A DNA stretch of 64,000 bases from a virus (IMGVR_UViG_3300010355_000898:32001-96000), one strand, 5' to 3'. Counted from the stretch's first letter, positions 9,755 to 20,323 are shown. Notes: generated from the sequence alone by a model not told the origin. Translations and numbers: made by a program.

Positions 9755-10708
9755 ATGAATATGTTTATCAACACTGTACATGATGAAAAAGATTGTAAAC
9801 GTATAAAAAGACATAATGTTGATGTGATATTGAGAACCCTGGCAAAACATGATGGTTTTCTTTCAGGTGGAGGCGCAAGAATATTTGCGTTGGATGTCAT
9901 CAATAATGATGATAATGTCAATATTCACAACTATTTGTTTCATTCTGGGGGTGATCTAGATCTATTTTTTACTGATGAACACAGATCTTATATGATGTTG
10001 CGCGAAATTGAAAAATTGTTTGGAGACAGAATTTTTGTTGTTGAAACAACACCTTCTGGTGTTGCAACAGAATTGCACATTGATTGTAGTGATGGTAAAA
10101 ATGCAATCGCAAGATATCATGAACTGTTGAAAGGTGCAAAAAGAAGTGATCTCAATGGTTTACAAAGAGCAATATTGGATCGTCATGTTGGTAACTCTTA
10201 TGATGTTTTGAAGATTCAAATCATTCACAAGATAACTGGCGATGTTGAAAACGTTTTGAAAAATTTTGACATCACAAATTGTATGTATGCAATCAAACCT
10301 ACAATTGATCATGATGACAATATGTCTTTTCAGTTGACAAAACACAGTATGATTGATGAACTTGAAAAGACAAGAACACTTCATGTTCAAAAATTTGGTC
10401 TATACACAATAAACAGATTGGTCAAATGGCGATCTAGGCACCACTTCAAAAATTTTCATGATGAAAATTTTTCTGATTTGAAAATACAAATTATTGACTA
10501 TGCAAACAAGGTCAGAGAAAAGACAACGGGATACAATTTGAGCAAAGTTATTGATGTTCTCAACCATCTTGTTGCTCAAAACAGTTCAGAAATTAATTGT
10601 GATCTTGAAAAATTGCTTGAATTGAGTGCAATTTGGCCTTCTGATCTGCAGAGGTATGATTATGCATTCAAAACATTTTTGGATAAGGCACCATTGACAA
10701 CAGCATAG
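9755..10708 (+). CDS. Pol-beta superfamily nucleotidyltransferase (poly(A) polymerase/CCA head-like)
   Basis: FLSGGGAR, GDLDLFF, IQII, NFDITNC. Confidence 0.65.
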   Translation: MNMFINTVHDEKDCKRIKRHNVDVILRTLAKHDGFLSGGGARIFALDVINNDDNVNIHNYLFHSGGDLDLFFTDEHRSYMMLREIEKLFGDRIFVVETTPSGVATELHIDCSDGKNAIARYHELLKGAKRSDLNGLQRAILDRHVGNSYDVLKIQIIHKITGDVENVLKNFDITNCMYAIKPTIDHDDNMSFQLTKHSMIDELEKTRTLHVQKFGLYTINRLVKWRSRHHFKNFHDENFSDLKIQIIDYANKVREKTTGYNLSKVIDVLNHLVAQNSSEINCDLEKLLELSAIWPSDLQRYDYAFKTFLDKAPLTTA

Positions 10709-10763
10709 TGAACACCTTTTTACAGCAAAATTTGCTGACATCTTTCAATAGACATCAACAGGT

Positions 10764-10770
10764 ATATTTA
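10764..10770 (+). promoter_or_regulatory. Putative late promoter ATANTTA
   Basis: ATATTTA 13 nt upstream of ATG; recurring motif. Confidence 0.55.
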
Positions 10771-10783
10771 CTCATGTAGCAAT

Positions 10784-11827
10784 ATGAGCAGATTGAAAAT
10801 TGGCCAATTGGAAACTGTTGTTAAGCATACACTTGCTGAGAACAAATTTACACAATCAATTTTGAATGAAATTGATCAATATTTTGCAGGCAATGTTTGG
10901 ACAAAAGGTGGTCTTGAACGTGTGATTGTCGAAGCAAATGAACGACTTGATGTTCTTGAGAAGACAGGAAAACTTCCAAAACAGCGATTCAAAACTTCAT
11001 TGTTATTGAAATTGATGGAATCGAAGAGTGCAAATTGCAAAAAATTTGCAAGCAGACTTTTGCCAGAAAGTTTGTTGAAAAAATTTGTCAATGATAGAAC
11101 ACATGAAGTGAGAATTGTTTTGGCAAAACGTTTGCCACTCAAAGAAGCAAAAAATCTTCAAACTTTGTGGAATAATGATCAGGTTGAACACATTATCAAG
11201 GACAGAGAGCTGATCGCAGAGAGCGATGCATACAAACCTCTTGAGCTCTATTCTGGAAAACTTGGCGACATTGTCAAACAATCAGTTGATGCAGATTTGG
11301 GTGATGAATTCTATCATACACTTGCACTGAAAATGGTTTATGAATTTGATAGAGAAATAGAGCAGGGATGGGAAGAAAAGGTTGTCAAAAACTATTGTGC
11401 ACACATGAAGGTGACAACTGGCGTTGAAATTGATGCAGAAAAATTGCTTGATGAAATCTTTTCAATAATTGATGAGAAGGAAGAGCAATCTCTTGAAGAA
11501 CAGTTAATATTCAAACAGATTAACATTGTTGTTGAAAATTGTGATGTTGATCCGGCAAAAGAGTTGTTGACAATTGATGCAAACAGCAAATTTGCAAATC
11601 AATTCAACAAATTGTACAAAGCAAAAGGAAAACAGATTGGTGAAGGTATTTTGCCATCAAAATGTACACTTCCAACCAACACTTTGAGATATGTTGATGA
11701 ACAAAATCTTGATAGGTATGTTTCCATCTGGAATAGACGACAGCTGATTGAGAGTGCTGAACCTCTCAAAATGAATTGGACAGTTGGCAATGACGATCAG
11801 ATCCAATTCACTGTGAGGATACTATAA
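10784..11827 (+). CDS. Hypothetical, possibly virion-associated protein
   Basis: 347-aa ORF after ATANTTA motif; L-x-E motifs. Confidence 0.6.
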   Translation: MSRLKIGQLETVVKHTLAENKFTQSILNEIDQYFAGNVWTKGGLERVIVEANERLDVLEKTGKLPKQRFKTSLLLKLMESKSANCKKFASRLLPESLLKKFVNDRTHEVRIVLAKRLPLKEAKNLQTLWNNDQVEHIIKDRELIAESDAYKPLELYSGKLGDIVKQSVDADLGDEFYHTLALKMVYEFDREIEQGWEEKVVKNYCAHMKVTTGVEIDAEKLLDEIFSIIDEKEEQSLEEQLIFKQINIVVENCDVDPAKELLTIDANSKFANQFNKLYKAKGKQIGEGILPSKCTLPTNTLRYVDEQNLDRYVSIWNRRQLIESAEPLKMNWTVGNDDQIQFTVRIL

Positions 11828-12339
11828 TGTTACAACTTGAACCAAGTTTTGAAATATCAATCGACAATATGTTGTCTCAGTGGACAAATGTCACATTTTC
11901 TCATTTGTCAGTTATATTGGCAAATTTGAGATATCTCTACATGTTGCATCAAACACATCATTGGTCATCAAGGGGTCAAATGTACTATGGCGACCATCTC
12001 CTATTCCAGAGACTTTATGAAGAGATTGGTGATGAAATTGATAGTGTTGCCGAGAGGTCAATTGGATTGACTGACAGCAATGCAGTCGAATTGTGTTTAC
12101 AACTGCAACAAATGCAAAAATTTGCACAAGATTTTGGTACAGCAATTCCAGGCCAGAATGATTTCCCAAAAAGATCACTCATTGCAGAACAGAATTTCAT
12201 CAACCTGCTCACGGTTTGCACAGAATTGATGCGTGAACAGGGAACATTAACAAAGGGACTTGAAAACCTGTTGACCGGAATTCTTGATATGCATGAAACA
12301 CACATATATCTGCTTAAGCAGAGATGTGAGGAAAAATAA
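11827..12339 (+). CDS. dps: Dps / ferritin-like protein
   Basis: HQTHHWS, DHLLFQRLYEE, EIDSVAER, HETHIY. Confidence 0.85.
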   Translation: MLQLEPSFEISIDNMLSQWTNVTFSHLSVILANLRYLYMLHQTHHWSSRGQMYYGDHLLFQRLYEEIGDEIDSVAERSIGLTDSNAVELCLQLQQMQKFAQDFGTAIPGQNDFPKRSLIAEQNFINLLTVCTELMREQGTLTKGLENLLTGILDMHETHIYLLKQRCEEK

Positions 12340-12902
12340 TGCCATTTAGCAAAGCACAAAAAAAGAAACCTAAAAAATCATATGCTGGTGAAATAGCACC
12401 TGCAGTTTACATTCAACATGATGAACTTGCTAAATTCATTGAGGATGCAAAATCACATGATCAGGAAGAATTGATTGATCGTGATTACGTCAATGATGAG
12501 ACTGGTGAAGTGTTGGGTGAACCAGGAGATACATGGGCAGATGTAGTCAACAGACTTGATAGCAATTATTATATCAAGCATACATTTGATGATCATGACA
12601 CAGAGGTTGATCATGAGCCATTTTTTGATGAAGATGAAGAAGATTTTGATAGCTTTTCAGAATTTCAAAAAGCTGCCAGCGAGTATGCACAAAATGCAGC
12701 AGACAGTTTGGAAGATCTTGTTGATGAAAATGGTGGTGATCCTGGATCATATGCATATGATCTTGCAGAAGGTTTTATGTTTGAACATCATACTGAGATC
12801 AGAACTTGGATGATTGACATGGGAATGAGCAGACATGAATTGCAACGTTCAGTTGCAGAACTGATTGCCAATGCATACAGCAATCGCAAGACAATGAATT
12901 GA
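12339..12902 (+). CDS. Acidic hypothetical protein
   Basis: Coupled to dps; basic N-terminus, D/E-rich body. Confidence 0.65.
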   Translation: MPFSKAQKKKPKKSYAGEIAPAVYIQHDELAKFIEDAKSHDQEELIDRDYVNDETGEVLGEPGDTWADVVNRLDSNYYIKHTFDDHDTEVDHEPFFDEDEEDFDSFSEFQKAASEYAQNAADSLEDLVDENGGDPGSYAYDLAEGFMFEHHTEIRTWMIDMGMSRHELQRSVAELIANAYSNRKTMN

Positions 12903-12938
12903 TGAACTTCTGATCAATTGTATTGTACAGTTAACAAT

Positions 12939-13901
12939 ATGTCAAATATTGTTGTAACAGGTGCAGCAGGATTTCTTGGATCACATTTGATGCTCAAACA
13001 TATTGAGTTGGGTGATAATGTGTTGGGATTGGACAACTATTCAACATCATCACCAAAATCAGAACATTCATATATTCTTGGAGATCTTGTAAAATATTGT
13101 GATATTACACAAGCAGAACTCATTCATGAATATACACAACAATTTTCAGATCAATATGGAAAAATTGATCTGATTTACAATTTTGCATGCCCAGCATCTC
13201 CACCAAAATATCAGGAACTTGCTGTTGAAACAATGCAATGTTGTAGCATTGGTGTCAAGAATATGTTGGATTTGGCAAAAGAACACAATGCAGTGTTTGT
13301 GCAAGCTTCAACATCAGAAGTTTATGGTGATCCAAACTGCAATCCTCAGAATGAAAAATATTGGGGAAATGTGAATAGTTATGGTCAACGATCAATGTAT
13401 GATGAAGGAAAACGTTATGCAGAAGCGTTGTGTTGGGTTTATAAAAATCAACCAATTGGTGTTGATGCAAGAGTTGTGAGAATATTCAACACTTATGGTC
13501 CGCATATGGATCCAAATGATGGAAGAGTTATCACAAATTTTGTCAAACAAGCATTGCGTGGTGAGCCAATCACAATTTATGGCGATGGAAAGCAGACAAG
13601 AAGTTTTTGTTATGTTGATGATCTCATTGATGCAATCACAATAATGGGCAGTTTGAAGCACAATCCTGGTGTCCCAATAAACATAGGAAATGATAAAGAA
13701 TTCACCATGATCGAATTGGCAAACAGAGTGCTGAAATTGACAGGTTCAAAATCAACATTATTGTTCAAACAATTGCCAGTTGATGATCCAACACAACGAA
13801 GACCAGATCTGAACAACGCAAGAAAATTGTTGAATTGGTGGCCAATTGAAGATCTTGATGAAGGTCTCAAAAAAATGATTGAATACATGAGGACGGTCTG
13901 A
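12939..13901 (+). CDS. UDP-glucuronate decarboxylase (UDP-xylose synthase) family SDR
   Basis: VTGAAGFLGSH, ACPASPPKYQ, ASTSEVYGDP, YDEGKR, RIFNTYGP, DDPTQRRPD. Confidence 0.9.
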   Translation: MSNIVVTGAAGFLGSHLMLKHIELGDNVLGLDNYSTSSPKSEHSYILGDLVKYCDITQAELIHEYTQQFSDQYGKIDLIYNFACPASPPKYQELAVETMQCCSIGVKNMLDLAKEHNAVFVQASTSEVYGDPNCNPQNEKYWGNVNSYGQRSMYDEGKRYAEALCWVYKNQPIGVDARVVRIFNTYGPHMDPNDGRVITNFVKQALRGEPITIYGDGKQTRSFCYVDDLIDAITIMGSLKHNPGVPINIGNDKEFTMIELANRVLKLTGSKSTLLFKQLPVDDPTQRRPDLNNARKLLNWWPIEDLDEGLKKMIEYMRTV

Positions 13902-14354
13902 TTGCATACACTAACTCAGGAAATTGAATTCATTGATGATGAATTGAAGAAGCTGATTGTTGAACAATTCACGCTCAGTGGAAAAAGTTGGATTAGGGAT
14001 GTTGTGAGAGAAGAAATCTATTATTCGCATCTTGATAGGACTTTTTTGCAAAATGTAACATCATACATTACAGTCATTGGTGAAAATGAAAAGATTTTGG
14101 GTGTTGGTGTTTGGTTTGGAACACAAAATGATATGATGCGCCCATGTGATCTCTCTGTTTTTGTTCCTGGAAGTGACAGATTTAGGGGTATTGGTAAATC
14201 AGTTGTTGATGAAGTGAAGACTGTTGCAAAATGTTTGGGTTACAAACAGATTGTTGTTGATCCATGGAATGAAAATGCAAAACAGTTCTATAAAAAGTGT
14301 GATGCGAAATTTGTGCAACGTGGAACATATGAGATTGGATTGATTGATGTATGA
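13902..14354 (+). CDS. GNAT-family acetyltransferase
   Basis: RFRGIGKS acetyl-CoA motif; NENAKQFYKK. Confidence 0.75.
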   Translation: MHTLTQEIEFIDDELKKLIVEQFTLSGKSWIRDVVREEIYYSHLDRTFLQNVTSYITVIGENEKILGVGVWFGTQNDMMRPCDLSVFVPGSDRFRGIGKSVVDEVKTVAKCLGYKQIVVDPWNENAKQFYKKCDAKFVQRGTYEIGLIDV

Positions 14355-14917
14355 AAAATATTTGGGTAATTTCTGATACACATTTTTCTCATGCAAACAT
14401 CATCAAATATTGCAATAGACCATTTGTGAATTCATTCCAAATGAATAGTGTTATGAGAATGAATTGGAACAGTGCAATTGGTGAGGATGATACAGTTATT
14501 CACTTGGGTGATCTTGCTCTTGTTCCAAACAGCAAATTTGATGAAATGAAACAGTTCATCAACACCCTGAATGGAAAACTGATTGTGTTGTTGGGTAATC
14601 ATGACAAAAAACATTTTCTTGAATATTGTGGAATTGTATACACAAAACGGTTGGTGTGTGGAAATCTTCTGTTGAGACACTATCCTCAGAGAATGAGTGA
14701 AAAGTTTGCAAACAATGTGCACATTGTTCATGGACATATACACAATAATGGGTATGATCAAAGTGTCAAATTGACTTGTGCACACACATGTGTGTCAGTT
14801 GAGATGACCGAATACAAGCCAATTCTGTTGAACACCATCACAAATTTTGATGAGCATTTGTTGGAGAAAACTGTTAATGAACACTTTCACGGTGGAAAAG
14901 TCGATAACTGTCAATAA
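14351..14917 (+). CDS. Calcineurin-like metallophosphoesterase
   Basis: SDTHF, HLGD, GNHD, HYP, HGHIH. Confidence 0.92.
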   Translation: MKNIWVISDTHFSHANIIKYCNRPFVNSFQMNSVMRMNWNSAIGEDDTVIHLGDLALVPNSKFDEMKQFINTLNGKLIVLLGNHDKKHFLEYCGIVYTKRLVCGNLLLRHYPQRMSEKFANNVHIVHGHIHNNGYDQSVKLTCAHTCVSVEMTEYKPILLNTITNFDEHLLEKTVNEHFHGGKVDNCQ

Positions 14918-15149
14918 ATGTGGTAGTGCGAAAGGACATGTAAAAATACACTATCATGGTTCACGTACACCACCAATTTGTGTTTGGATGATACCAGGTG
15001 AACGCAGTATTGAACAATACATAAAATTCCCAGGAATTAGGGGTGTATTGAACAAGAATTCAATAGTATTGTGGGGTCATATACCCAATGCAATCTTGAC
15101 AAAGATAAACATTAACGATATTTTGAGCTATTTGCATAGTCAAATTTAG
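14877..15149 (+). CDS. Small hypothetical protein
   Basis: Fills the gap before dnaE part 1; contains HYHGS. Confidence 0.4.
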   Translation: MNTFTVEKSITVNKCGSAKGHVKIHYHGSRTPPICVWMIPGERSIEQYIKFPGIRGVLNKNSIVLWGHIPNAILTKININDILSYLHSQI

Positions 15150-15160
15150 AAAGAAACATT

Positions 15161-16984
15161 GTGACAAATCATATTGATGAAAGGAACAGCACTCTGGTGC
15201 CAAAGAAGTTTTTTGGACTTCATAGTCACACAGGAGCTTCAACCTATGATGGTATGGGTCCTGCAGAAGATCATTTCAAATTTGCATTGAGCAATGGACT
15301 TGATGGGATGGCAATCACTGAACATGGTCATATGAACAGTTTTGCACAAGCATATCTCTTCAATCAGAAGTGGAAAAAAGCAGGAACACAGTTCAAATAC
15401 ATTCCAGGAGTTGAGGCATACTATCACCCAAGTCTTGAACAGTGGGCTCAAGACAGGGCTCTGTATGAGGAAGCAAAAGAGGATAAAAAGCTTCAGAAGA
15501 AACTGAAAAAACGTGAAGAAGGTCTCAAGAACATCAGTGTGAAGACAGATGATGACGACGACATTGTTGATATTGAAATGTCAAATGCATTGACAATTGA
15601 GAATGAGGATGAAACGCGAAATATAAAGGCCTTCAATCCTCTCAATCGTCGCCATCATCTTGTTGTGCTCCCAAAGACATCAGGTGCCCTCAAGAAAATA
15701 TTTCACATTGTTTCCAGGGGTTATATAGAAGGGTTCTACAGATTTCCCAGAATTGATTTGGGGATGATCCTGAAGGAGGCAAAGGATGACATCATTCTGT
15801 CATCTGCATGTCTTGGGGGTCCAATATCATATGCTGTGTTGCAAACATTGAGAACTGTCAATTTTGATGATCTCAATCCTGAAATTCTTGATGACGAAAA
15901 CATCATGCGCAGAGTTCTGAATGAGATTGGGAACATAGCTGATCCACTCATCAGTGCAGTTGGTGTGAAAAATTTTCTTCTTGAATTGCAATTTCACAAA
16001 ATTCCTGCTCAGGATGTTGTCAACAGAGCAATCATTGAATTTGCAAAAAGGAATGGAATGACTGAACAGTTGATTGCAACGTGTGACAGTCATTATCCAA
16101 GACCTGATCTGTGGCGTCATAGAGAGATGTACAAAAAACTTGGGTTCATGAATTATAGTGAATTGGGACCTGAAAGCTTGCCAAAGTCTGTTGAGGATGT
16201 GAAAGCACTCCTGTATCCAAAGAATGCAGAGCAGATGTGGGAAGGTTTCAAACAACGCCAAGATCAGCACAAGTTTTACAGAGAAGATGGTGTTGAACAG
16301 TTGGTGTGTGATGCAATTGAGAGGACACATGATATTGCTCACAATGTAATTGAAGATATCAAATTTGATCAGGGATACAAATATCCAAAATCGGTTGTAC
16401 CCAGTGATACAACGGAATTCAAATATTTGTGCAAACTTGTAAAGGATGGAATGATCAAAAAAGGTTTGGATAAAAAGCCTGAATATGTTGAGAGGATGAA
16501 GTATGAGTTGAGCATCATCAAGAAGCTTGACAACGCTTCATACTTTGTCACATTGGCAGGAGCACTCAGATTGGCAAGGGATGTATGTCTTCTTGGGGTC
16601 GCAAGAGGTTCATCTGGCGGTTCATTGGTTGTTTATCTATTGGAAATCACAGACATTGACCCTTTAAAGTATAATCTTTCATTCGAGAGGTTCCTGAATC
16701 CTCATAGATGTTTACCAGGTGAAACATTAGTTCGAACACCAATTGGCAATAAATCAATTTCAGAACTTAATATTGGGGATGAAATTATTGGTGGAAGTGG
16801 AGAAACAAGAAAAATTCTTGACAAATTTGAAACAAAAACATTGCAGTATGTTAAGTTCATTGTGAATGGACAAACTATTGTTTGTTCTAGAAAACATCGT
16901 TGGCCAATTATTCGTAATGGAAAATTTGAATTAGTTGAGGCTGAACACTTATGTAAAGATGATCAGATAATAGCTAATGATTAG
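15161..16984 (+). CDS. dnaE: DNA polymerase III alpha (DnaE) part 1: PHP domain, start of palm, split-intein N-half
   Basis: GLHSHT..S.YDG, AITEHG, PGVEAY, SACLGG, CDSHY, ARGSSGGSL, FERFLNPHR then CLPGET. Confidence 0.95.
   Translation: MTNHIDERNSTLVPKKFFGLHSHTGASTYDGMGPAEDHFKFALSNGLDGMAITEHGHMNSFAQAYLFNQKWKKAGTQFKYIPGVEAYYHPSLEQWAQDRALYEEAKEDKKLQKKLKKREEGLKNISVKTDDDDDIVDIEMSNALTIENEDETRNIKAFNPLNRRHHLVVLPKTSGALKKIFHIVSRGYIEGFYRFPRIDLGMILKEAKDDIILSSACLGGPISYAVLQTLRTVNFDDLNPEILDDENIMRRVLNEIGNIADPLISAVGVKNFLLELQFHKIPAQDVVNRAIIEFAKRNGMTEQLIATCDSHYPRPDLWRHREMYKKLGFMNYSELGPESLPKSVEDVKALLYPKNAEQMWEGFKQRQDQHKFYREDGVEQLVCDAIERTHDIAHNVIEDIKFDQGYKYPKSVVPSDTTEFKYLCKLVKDGMIKKGLDKKPEYVERMKYELSIIKKLDNASYFVTLAGALRLARDVCLLGVARGSSGGSLVVYLLEITDIDPLKYNLSFERFLNPHRCLPGETLVRTPIGNKSISELNIGDEIIGGSGETRKILDKFETKTLQYVKFIVNGQTIVCSRKHRWPIIRNGKFELVEAEHLCKDDQIIAND
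16709..16984 (+). mobile_element. Split intein 1, N-fragment (91 aa)
   Basis: CLPGETLV block A; CSRKH block B; ends EAEHLCKDDQII. Confidence 0.9.
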
Positions 16985-17906
16985 AAAATGTGTAAATTGT
17001 AATTGTGATTTTATCATTGATGATACAAACAAAAATTACTCAATTCAAAAACGACGTTTTTGTGGTTCAAAATGTAAAAATGCATGGAATAGGCGTCCTG
17101 AAAATGGTGAAAAGATTGTTAAACAATGTATCATTTGTGGAAAAGAGGTGCGAGTTTACAAATCACAATCAGCTAGAAAGGTTTGTTCAAAAGAATGTAA
17201 AAATATCAATCAATCACAACGATTGTCAAGTGATAAAAAAAGCTTAAAATGTGAACATTGCGGGAAAAATTTTGATGTAAACATTTCTTGTAATAGAAAA
17301 TATTGTTCTCCGCAATGTTCATCTCTTTCTAAGAGAACATCATTGGAAAAACAATGTGAAATTTGTAATAAGACATTTCAAATCAAAAAGTCAGCTTATG
17401 AACGAAAGCGTTTTTGTTCTAGAAATTGTCAAATGATAGCACAATCAAATGGAAAAATTCATATTCATGTCAATGGAAGAAGTGGATACAGAATTGATAT
17501 AAAGGGTAATCATTATTTCAAATCTGCGTTTGAAGCTGATTATGCAAGATATTTGCAATATTCAAATATTGCTTATGAATATGAACCAAAAACATTTGAG
17601 ATATTGGTTGATAATCAAATAAGACATTATACGCCTGATTTTTGGAATAATGAGTTGAATTGTTATATTGAATTGAAAGGCGTAAGAAAATCTGAGTCAA
17701 ATAATTTTTCATTATTGATCAACTCAAATTCTGATGTTAGACAACGTGTAATTGATGAACAACATGTTAACATTAAAGTTATTTATATGAATGATTTTTA
17801 TTCTTTTCTTAAAGAAAAGAATTTGTATAGTGTTATACCAAATATTGAAAATAGAAATTATGGAGCAACAAAATATCTTGTCAAACAACATAATTACAAG
17901 CGTTGA
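16977..17906 (+). CDS. Free-standing homing endonuclease: CxxC/CSxxC zinc repeats + PD-(D/E)XK domain
   Basis: Four CxxC...C(S/G)xxC repeats; FKSAFEA, YEYEPKTF, YTPDF, YIELKG; lies between intein halves. Confidence 0.85.
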   Translation: MIRKCVNCNCDFIIDDTNKNYSIQKRRFCGSKCKNAWNRRPENGEKIVKQCIICGKEVRVYKSQSARKVCSKECKNINQSQRLSSDKKSLKCEHCGKNFDVNISCNRKYCSPQCSSLSKRTSLEKQCEICNKTFQIKKSAYERKRFCSRNCQMIAQSNGKIHIHVNGRSGYRIDIKGNHYFKSAFEADYARYLQYSNIAYEYEPKTFEILVDNQIRHYTPDFWNNELNCYIELKGVRKSESNNFSLLINSNSDVRQRVIDEQHVNIKVIYMNDFYSFLKEKNLYSVIPNIENRNYGATKYLVKQHNYKR

Positions 17907-18012
17907 ATTGTGTGAATATGATGAAGAACAAATTTTGTATGATATTACTGTTGACGTCGATCATACATTTTTTTGTAAACAAGGAAATTCTGATTGGTAT
18001 TTGACACATAAT
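17860..18012 (+). mobile_element. Split intein 1, C-fragment (about 51 aa)
   Basis: LYDITVDVDHTFF block F; THN|S block G. Confidence 0.9.
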
Positions 18013-18714
18013 TCAGGTGCACCAGACATAGATTGCGACATCAGTGATCGTGATAAAGTTCTTGAAGTATTGAGAGAAAAGTTTGGAATGAACAATGTTA
18101 TTCCAATTTCAAATATCAACACGTTCAAAGTGAAAACGCTCCTGAAAGATATTTCAAAGTTTTATGGAATTCCATTTGAAGAAGCAAATGAGGCAACAAA
18201 AACTGTTGAAAAGGAGGTCAGAAAGGCAACCATGAAACATGGTGATGATAAAAACCTTTTTGTTCTCAAATTTGAGGATGCAATGAAGTATTCAGAAAGT
18301 TTCAGAAGTTTTATTGAGAGGCATCCTGAGGTTGCAGAGAGTATGGAAATTCTCTTTAAAGAGCAGAGATCATTGGGTCGGCATGCTGGAGGTGTTGTCA
18401 TTATGGATGATGCAATGGGAGAAATGCCTCTCATTACAAATGGTGGTGAACCTCAAACGCCTTGGGTCGAAGGTGTTGGTGGAAAAACGCTTGAACCAAA
18501 TGGAATCATTAAATATGACCTGTTAGGTCTTGAAACAATGAGACTAATTGAAAATACAGTTGAAAAGGTCATAAAGGGTAAAGGAGGCATCAAACAGATT
18601 GAACTTGAGGATGGTACAGTGATGAGATTGCTACCAGATCAATTGGTTATGACACAAAGAGGTGAAGTGTTTGCTAATGAATTGAAGGATGATGATGAAA
18701 TCTTGACGCCATGA
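17860..18714 (+). CDS. dnaE: DnaE part 2: intein C-half, catalytic palm/thumb, degenerate intein-like tail
   Basis: YLTHN|SGAPDIDCD, GRHAGGVV, KYDLLGL; ATG at 17860 inside the endonuclease 3' end. Confidence 0.93.
   Translation: MEQQNILSNNIITSVELCEYDEEQILYDITVDVDHTFFCKQGNSDWYLTHNSGAPDIDCDISDRDKVLEVLREKFGMNNVIPISNINTFKVKTLLKDISKFYGIPFEEANEATKTVEKEVRKATMKHGDDKNLFVLKFEDAMKYSESFRSFIERHPEVAESMEILFKEQRSLGRHAGGVVIMDDAMGEMPLITNGGEPQTPWVEGVGGKTLEPNGIIKYDLLGLETMRLIENTVEKVIKGKGGIKQIELEDGTVMRLLPDQLVMTQRGEVFANELKDDDEILTP
18589..18714 (+). other. Degenerate, non-catalytic intein N-fragment-like tail on DnaE part 2
   Basis: IKQIELEDGTVMRLLPDQLVMTQRGEVFANELKDDDEIL aligns with the distal half of IntN2; lacks Cys1 and the block-B His. 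Confidence 0.75.
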
Positions 18715-18965
18715 TGATAACAATAAAAATGATTGTGTATCGTAAAGGTACGTTAAAGTTTCAATACAATCAACGTTTTGAGAATGGCCATCATGATTTT
18801 TTATTGAAAGAAATCTATGAAGATGTTGTTGATCATGTTTGGCATATGGACGTATATGATACACGTACGTTGACAGGAATGAAACATACACAATTCATCA
18901 TCAATGATTACAGAACAGTGTTGAATAGGTTGAAGCGCGATGTTAACAATACAAAAAATTGTTGA
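18711..18965 (+). CDS. Small hypothetical protein
   Basis: ATGA-coupled to dnaE part 2; MIVYRKG motif. Confidence 0.55.
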   Translation: MMITIKMIVYRKGTLKFQYNQRFENGHHDFLLKEIYEDVVDHVWHMDVYDTRTLTGMKHTQFIINDYRTVLNRLKRDVNNTKNC

Positions 18966-19176
18966 GAATGAACTTGAAAAGAAGGGTTACATATCTCACA
19001 ACAGGTCAGTAACAAAGCAGATGTCATATTATGATATGAATGCGTCAGTTGAACAGAATGGATTGAAATTCATTTCAAGATTGAGTTGTGAACCATACAA
19101 TGTTTGTGTGCTCTTTTACAGGTTTGATCAGTATCAATTCAGTTCAATACTGAATATTGTTCACAATCTTCCATGA
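18940..19176 (+). CDS. Small hypothetical protein
   Basis: Overlapping tiled ORF. Confidence 0.5.
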   Translation: MLTIQKIVENELEKKGYISHNRSVTKQMSYYDMNASVEQNGLKFISRLSCEPYNVCVLFYRFDQYQFSSILNIVHNLP

Positions 19177-19180
19177 ATGA

Positions 19181-20323
19181 TCATTTCTTCCCTGCATGTT
19201 TTTTCAACACTTTGCTGAATGATTGTTTTGGAATATTGGCAAGTTTATCAACAATTTTTTGCTTTTTATCCTGTTCCCATGGATAAATCCCAGAGTTCTC
19301 TGGGTCTGCATCAAACCACATGATTTCACCAACCTTGATATCACTGAGTGATATCACTTCACGCTCATTTGAATATTCATCACTGATGTTTTTGTACCAC
19401 AATCTTGCATCAAGGAAAACATCATCACTGTTCTCATCAGTGTAGGCAACCATTACAATGGGAACCGTTCCACTTTTCATATTACTGTTTTCATTGGCAA
19501 AACGTTTTGCTGTTCTCAGACTCTTAGTCCAACTTCCTGCATTCTTTTTTGGGTGCCATGTGAAACGTTTTTCAATGTGTCCATCCTTGATTGCAACCTC
19601 ACCCTTCTTGGCACCAATAGCAGCCTTCAACCATTCATATTTGACGCCCATTCCCCTGTAAACTTTTTGAACATTTGGTCGTGTGAACACATCATCATAC
19701 AGTCCCTGTTTCAGGATGTTCCTGATTGCAGTGACATACTGAATTTGCATACCAGCATGATCAAGATGACTGCTGATTGCAGTGTGCAGCCGTTGCTCAA
19801 ATTTGTTATCCAATTCTGGCAGATTTCTTTCACTGCCAAAAGCAATCAGATCAAGACGACCCCCACTGTTCTTGCTGCTCTTTTTCAAGAATTTTTGTTT
19901 CTGTTTTTCAGCCTTTATGAATTCATCATGAAACACAGTGTTATACAATTCATGAGCCAAACCTTTTGGATCTTTTCCAGATAGCATATCAAACAATTTT
20001 GTGAACACAGGTTTGAGCACAGTGATCTGTTTTTGATCGAGTCGACCACTAAGATTGAACTCTTTGTATGCTTCTGCCTGTTCATCAGACAAATTTAGCA
20101 ATTGTTTGTAAAAATTGTATCTCTTTTTAGATCTGTCAATTGTTGACAATCCTTTACCACTACTGACGTTGTTGTAAATGATTATTATTGTTTTGATTTC
20201 ATTATCAAATTCCCTGAATTTATCAGCGTATTCTTCGTTCAAAATTTCAGTCAAATACAAAAAATCAGTCATATATTCTTTGAAAAGTTTACCAATCTCT
20301 TTGTCACTTTTGAAATATTGCAT
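19181..20323 (-). CDS. Putative ADP-ribosyltransferase (R-S-E clade) domain protein
   Basis: KVYRGM, GSWTKSLRTAKRFA, YSNEREVI; only long credible minus-strand gene; ATACTTA upstream. Confidence 0.7.
   Translation of the reverse strand: MQYFKSDKEIGKLFKEYMTDFLYLTEILNEEYADKFREFDNEIKTIIIIYNNVSSGKGLSTIDRSKKRYNFYKQLLNLSDEQAEAYKEFNLSGRLDQKQITVLKPVFTKLFDMLSGKDPKGLAHELYNTVFHDEFIKAEKQKQKFLKKSSKNSGGRLDLIAFGSERNLPELDNKFEQRLHTAISSHLDHAGMQIQYVTAIRNILKQGLYDDVFTRPNVQKVYRGMGVKYEWLKAAIGAKKGEVAIKDGHIEKRFTWHPKKNAGSWTKSLRTAKRFANENSNMKSGTVPIVMVAYTDENSDDVFLDARLWYKNISDEYSNEREVISLSDIKVGEIMWFDADPENSGIYPWEQDKKQKIVDKLANIPKQSFSKVLKKHAGKK

Noticed and set aside
14847-15149. Tpt1/ART-like function suggested by HYHGS
   Set aside because: A single short motif with no further conserved residues recognisable.
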